64,000 bases of DNA. Origin: the human T2T-CHM13v2.0 reference genome, Homo sapiens. Every line of letters starts with the position of its first letter. Positions within the stretch are counted from its first letter, which is position 1. Made by a program: the position numbers and the translations under genes. Under the pieces are notes generated by a model. The model ran no database searches, had not been told where the DNA came from, and saw only the letters and a program-made list of their open reading frames with translations. Where the stretch lies: NCBI RefSeq assembly GCF_009914755.1, contig NC_060938.1; one strand, 5' to 3'. Positions 1 to 56,880 of the stretch are shown piece by piece.

Positions 1-246
1 TCTCTTGACCTCGTGATCTGCCCACCTCGGCCTCCCAAAGTGCTGGGATTACAGGCGTGAGCCACCCTGCCCGGCCAAGAGCCCTGGTTTTTAAAAAGCC
101 TGATATATTCAAAATGTGAGAGGTAAACCAGCAGCAGTGGCTGGGTGCTTCTTCAAAATACAGATTCTTGGGTCTCACACCAAACCTACAGACTCAGAAT
201 CTCAGTTTTAGCAAGATTCTCAGGTGATACTCTTAGACATTAAAAT

Positions 247-360
247 TTGAGAAGTATATATATAACTCTTAATTAAGAATTGAGAAGTATATAACTCTTA
301 ATTGAGTAAGTATATAACTTGAGTAAGTATATAACTCTTAATTAAGATATAACTCTTAAT
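247..360. repeat. Imperfect short tandem repeat, unit about TTGAG(T)AAGTATATAACTCTTAA, about 5 copies
   Basis: Direct reading; includes palindrome TCTTAATTAAGA twice. Confidence 0.8.
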
Positions 361-441
361 ACTGGATTCTCTACCCTGCTGCATAGTACAACCAGCTGGC
401 AAGCTCTTAAAAACCACTACACCTGGGTCCATCCCAGGTAA

Positions 442-732
<291 letters not shown>

Positions 733-1015
733 TGATCTGCCCGCCTCGGCCTCCCAAAGTGCTGGGATTACAGGCGTGAGCCACCACGCCCGGCCTGGAC
801 GTGAGTATTTTTAAAAAGCTCCCAAGTTATTTTTAGGGAGCTGCCAGAGTTGAGCACTCTTGGGAGGATATCTTTCCCTCTGCCATCCCAGGCTCTAAAG
901 TTAGAGGCCTGTAAATTAACTGACAATAGACTTTAATAGAAGAAAATGTTAATTTACCTACTGGGGTGTTGTGTAGTACAATGTAACTCTCTGAATAGCC
1001 AGAGATAGAGGTATC

Positions 1016-1649
1016 CAGTAGGGCCTTTGTATTTGTGGATTCTGCATCCATGAATTCAACCAACCAAGGGTGGAAAATATTCAGAGAGCTGGTTTGGTGG
1101 CTCACGCCTGTAATCTCAGCACTTTGGGAGGCTGAGACAGGAGGATTCCTTGAGCCCGAGAGTTTGAGACCAGCCTGGGCAACAAAGTGAAACCCCTGTC
1201 TCTACAAAAAAAAAAATCAAAAAAATTAGCCAGGTGTTGTGGCACGTGCCTACTGTCCCAGCTACACGGGAGGCTGAGGCAGCAGGATCCCTTGAGCCCA
1301 GGATGTCAAGGCTGCAGTGAGCCATGTTCATGCCACTGCACTCCAGCCTGGGTGAGACCCTGTCTCGAAAAAAAAAGAAAAAGAGAAAAAATAATGTCTG
1401 TACTGAACTCGCGTAGACTTTTTTCTTGCCATCATTCCCTAATCAATACAGGATAATGGCTATTTACATATAATTTACATTGTATTAGGTATAAGAAGTA
1501 ATCTAGAGATGCTTTAAGGTATACAGGAGGATTGCATAGGCTATATGCAAACACGATGCCATTTTATACCAGGAACTTAAGCGTCTGTAGATTTTGGTAT
1601 CTGAGGGAGGTCCTGGAACCAATCCCCCACTAATACAGAGGGACAACTG
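1016..1649 (-). mobile_element. MER2 (TcMar-Tigger) DNA transposon interrupted by AluJ (about 1089-1390)
   Basis: gattctgcatccatgaattcaaccaac ... gtcctggaaccaatcccc..gagggacaactg|ta termini. Confidence 0.8.
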
Positions 1650-1964
1650 TATATACCACCTTAAACAAAAGGAGGGAGGCTTAGGGCTTCAGTGGGAATG
1701 TGTGGAAGGTTCTATTGTGTTTTTTGATGCCGAATGAATCTGAATTAGGACTTTCTGGTGCTAAGCCTCAGTCTTTTCCCAATCAAGAAACTTCCTCCCA
1801 GGAAACCTCAGAAATTTATTTGTCACAGTCCTGGAGGCTGGGAAGTCCAGGATCATGTTGCCTGCAGATTTGGTGTCTGGTGATAGCCTGTTTCACAGAT
1901 GACATATTCTTGTTGTGTCCTCACATGGTACAAGGGGCAAGGCAGCTCTCTGGGCAGTTTTTTA

Positions 1965-2910
1965 CAAGAGAACTGAATAGAAAACAACAAAACAAAACAC
2001 AAACAGTTTGATTCTCCTGTTGTTTCTCACAACACAGAAAACTTCTGTGACCAAGCGTATGGGGGGCTTTCCCCATACACCAAGAAAGCAGTTCGACACT
2101 ATCCACCTGGAAGTCACGTCAGATCCTACAGAACTTGTCAACAACTCAGTCCCACAAAAGTGCCCCTGACTTGAGACATCAATTGCAAGTCCGAGCTTCT
2201 GGAACTTCCCACCAACCAGCTATTAATTGGCATTCCCATGAAGCTCCTTTTGGGTTCAGGTAATTTTGTATAAACTCTGTCTTTGCTGCAACTCCCACTG
2301 TTCTCGGTGTCTTTTTGCAGGGCAGCAGGCAAGAAGAATCTGTCAGGCTGTGACATCTGTGCCACTTGCTCATAAAGGCTCACAGAACTCAGGGGAATAC
2401 TTACGCTTACTGGTTTATTATAACGCATATTTTAAAGGATACAAATGAATAACCAGATGAAGAGGTACATGGAAGTCTGGGAAGGTCCTGAGCTCAGGCG
2501 CTTTTGTCCCATGGAGTTGGGGTGCACCGCCTTCCCTGTACCCCATATGTGGAAGTCCCCTGAACTCAGTCCTTTTGGGTTTATACAGAGGCTTCATTAT
2601 GTAGGGCTGATTGATTAAATCACTGGCCATTGGTGGCCAACTCAACCTTCAGCCCCTCTTCCCCTTCCTGAAGATGTGTGTGTGTTGGGGGTGGGGCAGG
2701 GGTATGAATTTCAAGTCCCTGAGCACATGGTTGCTTCTCCTGGCCCCTAATCCTGTGGTTACCTAGGGACTTTACAAAACTCACCTCCTTAACATAAATT
2801 CAGATGTGGTTGAAAGGGGCTCATTATAAATAACAAGAGCCTTTCACCTTTATTGCTCCAGAGCTGTTTCAGCAACCAAGGACAAAAGGCCAATTTAACA
2901 AAACATATTC
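1965..2910 (-). mobile_element. MER21-type LTR fragment
   Basis: Characteristic cagaaaacttctgtgacc, ggctcacagaactcaggg, ggtttatta..aaggatacaaatgaa motifs (family recalled). Confidence 0.65.
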
Positions 2911-3312
2911 TTGAAGAGAAGAAGGGGAAGGGGGTGGGGATCCGCTAGGGGCTGGCACTAAAGGGACTGGTAGCTCCAGCTTTCAGAGGAGAGGAGTTTC
3001 TTGGCCCTGGAGAAAGGGCGAGTCTGCACAAGGCTCCTGTCCTGGAAACGCTGTGAGATTGAGAGGGACAGGCTTCCCTGATGAGCCCAGTCCCTTCCTT
3101 TCAACCTTGGGAGGGATGAAGGGAATGAGAGGAGGAGAAGGGCCAACGGAGAAGGCAGAATGGCTAGTCAAGGGCCGTTTGTGTCCTGCTTCTCCCCAGG
3201 GCTGCCTCCACTCCTGTGGCTGCTTCGAGGGTTGCCAGCGGCGGGGCAGAGGCGCCAGTCTATGGTCCGGCACCAGGCTGTTAAATGCCTATTCAAGGAT
3301 CCACATTCCCTG

Positions 3313-4109
3313 AGAAACCACCTTTGCAGAATTTTAAGTAATGAAATATAACATGACTGACTCCATTTTGCTACTAGTCTTGCAAGCTAAATTGGTTGGG
3401 GGTTTTTGTTGTTTTTTGTTTTTGTTGTGTATATTCTAGTGCAGAGGCCAAGATAACTATAAGAGGAATTTAGTTTATAGCTAAACTTTGAGGCAAGGAG
3501 AACTGACGCCCCTCCTTGTTCGGAGATCGAAGCCACATTCATATGACATGGTTACAATTATGGTAGGGGCTTGAACTTTGCTGAAGAATTGTGGTAGGGG
3601 CTTGAACATAGTTAAAGAATGAGCTGCTGTTGCTTCCTCTGTTTTCTGTAAGTTGCTTACTGCCCCAAAGTCATGTAATGGGGGTCTCAAGATTGATAAC
3701 TTCCTCAACTACTCCTATAGATGACCTCACTATTATGAAACCTAGAGACCTGGTCTTGGAGATCCTTTTCAGATTTAGCATTTCAGTAGATCAAGAGAGG
3801 CCCCCTGGTCCTGACATCACCCACACTTCCTGGGAACTGACTCAGCTGTGTTAAGACAGTTTTAGAGGCCCCTGTGATTCTATCCCCAGCCAATCGTTTC
3901 AGTTCCCCAGCTCCCTGCCTACCAAAGTACCCTTAAAAAACCCTAGCCTCCAAATTCTTGGAGAGAGGGGTTTGAGAAATTTCTCCCTGTTCTCCTCACT
4001 TGGCTTGACCCTGCAATTATTAATTAAATTATTTCTTTGCTACAACTTCTGCGGTTCTCGATGGTTTTTTTCAGGGCAGCAGGCAAGAAGAACCCATCAG
4101 GCTGTGATA
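3313..4109 (+). mobile_element. ERV1 solo LTR, LTR8 family, inserted in the PRKCH retrocopy
   Basis: Starts (a)gaaaccacctttgcag, ends gggcagcaggcaagaagaacccatcaggctgtgata; 4-bp TSD CCTG at 3309-3312 and 4110-4113. Confidence 0.75.
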
Positions 4110-4320
4110 CCTGTGCCACTTGCTCATGAAGGGCCACCAGCTGCTGGAGCCGTACCTGATGGTGAGTGTGAACGAGGTGCACGTGGGCCAGACCAGCACC
4201 AATGGAGGACCACCAAACCCATGTACAATGAGGAGCTCTAGACTAACGCCACTGATGGCGGCCGTCATCCATAAGATGCCCCTGGGCTATGACCACTTCA
4301 TGTAAACGTGTATGCTGTAA

Positions 4321-4548
<228 letters not shown>

Positions 4549-4714
4549 TAATTTTTTGGTTTTTTTTTTGTATTTTTAGTAGAGATGGGGTTTCACCGTA
4601 TTGGGCAGGCTGGTCTCGAACTCCTGACCTCAGGTGATCCACCTGCCTCAGCCTCCCAAAGGGCTGGGATTACAGGTGTGAGCCACCATGCCTGGCCACA
4701 TGTACCCTGTAATT

Positions 4715-6260
<1,546 letters not shown>

Positions 6261-7056
6261 TTTGTTTTTTTTTTTCACTGGGAGTGGCTGTGCACTGCCG
6301 GCATGGCCAACACCTTGAGCACCTTCCAAGGCTAGGTGAATCTGCAGCCAGAGAGGAAAGCATTTGTGGTAATAACCCTAATAGTGCAAGACATGGTGGG
6401 TCAAGCCTGTTATCCCAGGTACTTAGGAGGCTGAGGTGAGAGGATTATCTGCGACTAGGAGTTCAAGACCAGCCTGAGCAATATGGTGAGATCCTGTCTC
6501 TAAAATAAAAATTAGCCAGGAGTGGGGGTGCAGTCCTGTGGTTCCAGCTATTTGGAAGGCTGAGGTGGAGGATTTCTTGAGCCAGGAGTTCAAGGCTGCA
6601 GTAAGCTATGATCGTACCACTGCACTCCAGCTCAAGTGACAGAACGAGACCATGTCTCCAAACCCAACCCCTCCCCACCAATAAAACAGATCAATGGAAA
6701 CAAGATTATTCTCACATACCTGAGGCAGCCCACCTACTGCTCTTACTGCAGGAAGTTTATCTGGGGAGTATTTGGGAAACAGGGTTATCAATGCCAAGTG
6801 TGCACATGTGTTACCCATAAACACTGCCATCATCTAACCATTACAGCCTGTATTTGCCAAAACAATATTAACCAAGAAGATTCAAAGATTGCCAAACAGA
6901 GGTTCAGAATCAACATCTCACACAACTTCAGCATCCACAACTACAAATCACTACCGCTTTGCAATCACTGTGGCGCCTTGCTTTGGGGGATAATGGGTCT
7001 TCATTTCTGAAGGCTCTAGTGTCAGGTAAAACTTTGATGAAATAAATTTGTTATAA

Positions 7057-7194
<138 letters not shown>

Positions 7195-7517
7195 TAGCTG
7201 GGTCTACGGGTACACACCACCACACCCAGCTAATTTTGTTTATTTTTTGTAGAGACAGGGTCTTGCTATGTTGTCTAGGCTGGTCCTGAACTCCTGGGCT
7301 CAAGCAATCTTCCTGCCTTGGCCTCCTGAAGTGCTAGCATTATAGGCATGAGCCACTGCACCTGGTTCTTTTCTCTCTTGTTAATCTGTCATTTGCTATA
7401 GGAGTGGTGGCTGTTCCTTACGATGGATGAGGAAAGGTATCACACTTTTCTGCCACTACACTGCCTTTGAGAATTTGTAGTTTACCCTTCTCTGAGTTCC
7501 CTTGGATTTGCAGTAAA

Positions 7518-8125
7518 CAATGGTATGCTAGAGCCTGCTCTTAGCAGCTTGCAATTTTTAGGAATTTTGTGAGCCAGTTGTCGAACACAACCTTCATTAA
7601 GAATCAGATTACAGTCTGGGTATGGTGGCTCATGCCTGTAATCTCAGTTTTGGGAGGCTGAGGCAAGGAGGATCGCTTGAGCCCAGGAGTTTAAGACCAG
7701 TCTAGGCAGCATAATGAGAACCCATCTCTCCAAAAAAAAAAAATTTGCTGGGTATGGTGGCACGCACCTGTAGTTCCAGCTAGTCAGGAGGCTGAGGTGG
7801 GAGGATTGCTTGAGTCCAGGAGGTCAAGGTTGCTGTGAGCTATGATTGTGCCACTGTACTCCAGCCTGTAATAATTTAATTACATAAATTATATTAAAAC
7901 CAAAGATAATATAGACTCCAGACTTATCACTGCCTAATTATTTTACTATGTCTTCCTATTATTTATGTCCTTGAGGTTTTTTTTTTTTGTGTTGATTGTA
8001 TCTGTATGGTAGAAATACTGTATAAATGAGCACCTCTTCACAACTCCATGTTCAGTGACATCACAATGGGAGCTCATAAATAAGAAAGTATTTACACCCC
8101 AGAAATCAGCAAACCTGACAATTGT
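7518..8125 (+). mobile_element. MER63-type hAT element with nested AluJ (7614-7868)
   Basis: ggaattttgtgagccagttg..acacaacc, tgtatctgtatggtagaaatac, gtatttacacc motifs. Confidence 0.65.
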
Positions 8126-8517
8126 GTCTTACTTATTCCCACTCCCTCACAGTTCCCCACCCCACAACTCCCAGCAACCTATTAAGGGATAGAGTGTGTG
8201 TTGGCAGCCACATGATTAAAGGAAAGAGGCCAAATCTCTAGATCCTCCTACAAAGGAAGAAGAAAAATAGAGCAAGCTGGTTTGAACCTGAGAAGGGGTC
8301 CTAGAGCTATGCACTAACAGGGTACAAGTTTTAAAGTAAATTTTTAAACTTAACTCATTCTTTATGACTTTAGAATTTTATTTTTGAAAACAGATTTTTA
8401 AATTAAATGCCGGTTCTGAAAATAAAAGCAGGTATTCATTTTCAACTTTGGGGTTTGTTTTTTGTTTTGCTTTGAGTTGCTGTTTTATGAACTTTGGGGT
8501 TTTAAAAATGAATTATA

Positions 8518-9694
8518 GGCAGTACATTGAGCTCCATAAAGACAGTGCCGGGGCAAGTGAGAGCCGGATGGGCCCTAGGCAACTCTGTGCCTCGCTGAGG
8601 AAAAATAACTAGACATAGGCAAAGGAGATCTTAAAAAGCCAAGAGGCAAAATGCCATCGTATGTATTTTGTGTGCAAACTTGTCCGGAGGAGCGTAAGAA
8701 GAAACACCCAGATGCTTCAGTCAACTTCTCAGAGTTTTCTAAGAAGTGCTTAGTGAGGGGGAAGACCATGTCTGCTAAAGAGAAAGGACAATTTGAAGCT
8801 ATGGCAAGGGCAGACAAGGCCCGTTACGAAAGAGAAATGAAAACATATATCCCTCCTAAAGGGGAGACAAAAAAAGTTTAAGGATCCCAATGCACCCCAG
8901 AGGTCTCCTTCAGCCTTTTTCTTGTTCTGTTCTGCGTGTGGCCCAAAAGTCAAAAGAGAACATTCTGGCCTGTCCATTGGTGATTCGGCGAAGAAACTGG
9001 GAGGGATGTGGAATAACACTGCTGCAGATGACAAGCAGCCTTAAAAAGAAGTCTGCAAAGCTGAAGGAAAAATACAGAAAGGATACTGCTACATATTGAG
9101 CTAAAGGAAAGTCTGATGCAGCCAAAAAGGGAGTTGTTGAGGCTGAAAAAAGCAAGAAAAAGAAAGAAGAGGAAGAAGAGGGAGAGAATGAGGAGGAGGA
9201 AAATGAAGAAGATGGTGATGATGAATAAGTTCGAGTGCAGTTTTTTTTCTTGTCACTAAAGCATTTAACCCCCCTGTACACAACTCACTCCTTTTAAAGA
9301 CAAAAAAAATTTGAAATGTAAGACTTGTTTTTAAACTGTACACTGTCTTTTTTTTTTTTTGTACAGTTAACACACTACCAAATGTGTCATTAGATAGCCC
9401 TGTCCTGGTGATTTTTTTAATAGCCTCCATACTGTACCTTGTTTGGTACACTGTGGGGGCTGTAAATTGACATGGAAATTTAAAGCAGGTTTTCGTTGGT
9501 GCACAGCACAAATTAGTTATATATGGGATGGTAGCTTTACATCTTCAGTTGTCTCTGATGCAGCTTATATGAAATAATTGTTGTTCTGTTAACTGAATAC
9601 TCTGTAATTGCAAAAAAAAAAAAGTTGCAGCTGTTTGTTGACATTCTGAATGCTTCTAAGTACATACAATTATTATTATTATTGTTGTCCTTTT
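8518..9694 (+). pseudogene. HMGB1 processed pseudogene
   Basis: Intronless HMGB1 5'UTR, CDS and 3'UTR. Start ATG mutated to ATA (8615); frameshift at about 8870 (GETKKV*); further stops at about 9042 and 9097; acidic tail ends TAA 9226-9228. TSD AAAAATGAA(T/C)TATA at 8504-8517 and 9695-9708. Confidence 0.96.
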
Positions 9695-9764
9695 AAAAAT
9701 GAACTATAAACTATTTCAGACATGGAATAAATAATAATTTGAATTGTTAAAGATAATAGGACTA

Positions 9765-10670
<906 letters not shown>

Positions 10671-11413
10671 TATAACAATCTCCTGTTCACTCTCCCAGTG
10701 CATAATAAAGTGGAACTAGTAATTTATCTCTGACTAAACTATAGGTAGTGGAAAACCACTGAAAATGACATGCAGGATTAAAGTAGCACTTTGGAAAGGT
10801 CGGTCTGGTGATCCACAGTAAATGCTCAAGAAGCAAGAGGTTTTTTGTTGTTTGTTTGTTTGTTTTTGAGACAGAGTTTTGCTCTTGGTGCCCAGGCTGG
10901 AGTGTAATGGCACAATCTTGGCTCACCGCAATCTCCGCCTCCCAGGTTCAAGCAATTCTCCTGCCTCAGACTCCTGAGTAGTTGGGATTACAGGTGCCCG
11001 CCACCATGCCCAGCTTTTTGTATTTTTAGGAGAGACAGGAGTTTCTCCATGTTGGTCAGGCTGGTCTCAAACTCCTGACCTCAGGTGATCCACCTGCCTC
11101 GGCCTCCCAAAATGCTGGTTTTACAGGTGTGAGCCACCGCGCCCAGCGGAAGCAAGAGGTTTTTGCAGTAGCACAGGAAGCCCTGAGGCAACCTGTGCCA
11201 GTATCAACTTCAGAAAACATTTAGTAAAGGGGGAAAAAAATTGAATGTAGTGATGGGCAAGAAATACAAAAGTATCAACATAATTTCAATGAACTGAACA
11301 AGTATGACAGTATCTGTGACTGTGAATCCCTGACCACGCCCCCACCCATTCCTGGAGGGCTTGTTAAAACATAGGTTACCGGTGCCCTACCCCTAGAGTT
11401 ACTGATTCTGTAA

Positions 11414-11820
<407 letters not shown>

Positions 11821-13107
11821 TGATGCTGTATCCAGGTGATGCTGATGCTGCTGGTCTGGGACCACACTTTCAGAACCACTGCCTTACAGTGGTTATTTTG
11901 CTAAGGCCTCAAAGACATCATTGTTAAACCAGCAGGGGGAGACAATATACAACAGAGCCTCTAAAAATAAAATGTCTTAGGGTACTAAAACTCCTTTGGA
12001 GTTATGGTGTTGCCATGGAGACCTCTGAACTGTTTTGGAGAGCAGTGTGTAAATTGACATGAGGTGAAATAAATTTCAGGAGTTTATGTAAAAAATTAAT
12101 TTGGTAGAAATAATGTCTAGATTCTTGCATGCCATGGTGTCTTGGTTAAGAACTTGGAATGTGGAGTCAGCTCTGCCACTTACAAGCTATGTGGCTCTGG
12201 GAAAATTACTTATGTCTTTGATCTTTTCTTCGCTTTAAAAAGTAACCTGTGGTATAGAATTGGAGGGGTAAAGTTCTTGGAATGCTGAGATTATTAAATT
12301 ATTATTCGTTATTAAAACTCTAGTTACTTAGCACTTACAGCTCTTTAGCTTAGAAATAGTCTAAATACGTTGCTATATTTGCTTTTTTAATAACCAGCGC
12401 TCCCGTTATTCAGGTAAAGAATTAAAAACATCTAAAAGGTAATTGCTTTGTAAATCCTAACCTCTTTCATTCAAAATACCTAAGGTAGATGGCTCTTTAT
12501 AAACGTGCCCGGCTCAGAGAGCTCTCATCTATATTATATCTCCGAATCCAAATTTCACTGATGCCCAGTCTAAGAGTGTTTCCTGGGCTTTGAGCTTTGA
12601 GATAGAACGAAGCAGGTGGATCCTGGCTTTGACTAGGCAGGGCCAGACCAGGCCCGACCCAGCCAGCCCATCCGTAGAGTCAGCATCAGCCGGGCGTGAA
12701 GATTGGTGTCGGCTCCTGCGTTCCGCCAAGTTCAGGAACCTGGCATGGGCCGGCCGCCTCCCGCGAAGGGACACACCTGTTGGTCACCGCGCTCTTACTG
12801 GCCAGACCCGGATATTGGCCTTCTGGCGTCAGCGGCAGGGGCATGTCCCTGGCCGGAGAGCACAGGCCAGAGTGGGGTGACGTCATCGAAGGCACGTCCC
12901 AGCCTTGCAGAGCGGTGGGCGGGGCCTGCGAAGAAGGTGTGCCGGGGGCTGGTTGGAGGCGCGGGCGGCGGGGCCAATGTGGCGGTGACGTCACGGGGCG
13001 GGCGGACGCTGGCGCGGGTAGGTAAGAGCAGCGGCGGGCGGTGGCGCTCACTCCCGGCTTCCAACCGCGCGGAGCCTCTGCCTTGGAGATTCTCAGTGCT
13101 GCGGATC

Positions 13108-44053
<30,946 letters not shown>

Positions 44054-44303
44054 GAGACACTGTGCACTGACATGTTTCACAACAGGCATTCCAGAATTAT
44101 GAGGCATTGAGGGGATAGATGAATACTAAATGGTTGTCTGGGTCAATACTGCCTTAATGAGAACATTTACACATTCTCACAATTGTAAAGTTTCCCCTCT
44201 ATTTTGGTGACCAATACTACTGTAAATGTATTTGGTTTTTTGCAGTTCACAGGGTATTAATATGCTACAGTACTATGTAAATTTAAAGAAGTCATAAACA
44301 GCA

Positions 44304-44309
44304 TTTATT
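44304..44309 (-). terminator. VTI1B: Candidate proximal VTI1B polyadenylation signal (AATAAA on - strand)
   Basis: TTTATT on + strand about 210 nt past the VTI1B stop. Confidence 0.65.
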
Positions 44310-44517
44310 ACCTTGGTATATCATACTGGTCTTGTTGCTGTTGTTCCTTCACATTTAAGTGGTTTTTCATCTTTCCTCCCTCCTCCCACAGCCTGGCTAT
44401 ACAGTGCATCCTTGAACTGTCAGCCCACAGCAGCAATATGCTTATTCTATCCACATCCCTAACATCATGCATTCACAAGGTCAAAGTTCTGGTCCACAAA
44501 CCCTTCCCTATAGAAGT

Positions 44518-55653
<11,136 letters not shown>

Positions 55654-55687
55654 CTAGAAAAGATAGATAAGTTTCAAATGCTTATTA

Positions 55688-55801
<114 letters not shown>

Positions 55802-56508
55802 TCACAAGGTCAGGAGTTCAAGACCACCCTGGCCAACCTGGTGAAACCCCATCTCTACTAACGATACAAAAATTAGCCGGGCGTGGTGGCAGGCACCTGT
55901 AATCTCAGCTACTTGGGAGGCAGAGGTAGAGAAATGCTTGAACCCAGGAGGTGGAAGTGGCAATGAGCCGAGATTGCGCCATTGCACTCCAGCCTGGGCA
56001 ATAGAGCAAGACTCTGTCTCAAAAAAAAAAAAAAAAAAGAATGTTTACCAATAGTGACTCTCTGAAACCCCTCACCACTCCCACAGTGAACCACTTCTAT
56101 GTTAACTCGTACACTACTTTTCTGCAAAATAAAAATTCCACCTACTCGGCTTGCTGAGAGGCTGTCTGGTGTGGTGCTTGTTTTTCTCTGGGTGTGGCAC
56201 CGGCAATGACTTGAACGATGAGAACGTTATTCATTCCCCTTTCAGCCTTTCCCATTCTGTCCCTTTGGTTGAGTGTATCTTTAATACCTAAAAATTACTA
56301 ATCTCCCCTTTGAACAAAAATAGAACAGGCTTCAGCTTCAAAACAAACATCTAACTAAAACAGTATTGTCTTAATTGTATTTTCTGATAGTTTATACTAC
56401 AGGTTTTCCATCTAAAATATGATAGCAAGTTTCATTTTTAAATAACATTGTTTTAAATAAATGTATTTTACATGAAATAAGTTGACATAAAGAAAATGTA
56501 AGTGACAA

Positions 56509-56880
<372 letters not shown>

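Noticed and set aside
8750-9511. Minus-strand ORFs of 94-136 aa, including a Ser-rich one
   Set aside because: Antisense to the HMGB1 pseudogene acidic tail and UTR
12974-12993. Possible ERSE (CCAAT-N9-CCACG)
   Set aside because: Position after N9 reads ACGTC, not CCACG; it is a CCAAT box plus CRE
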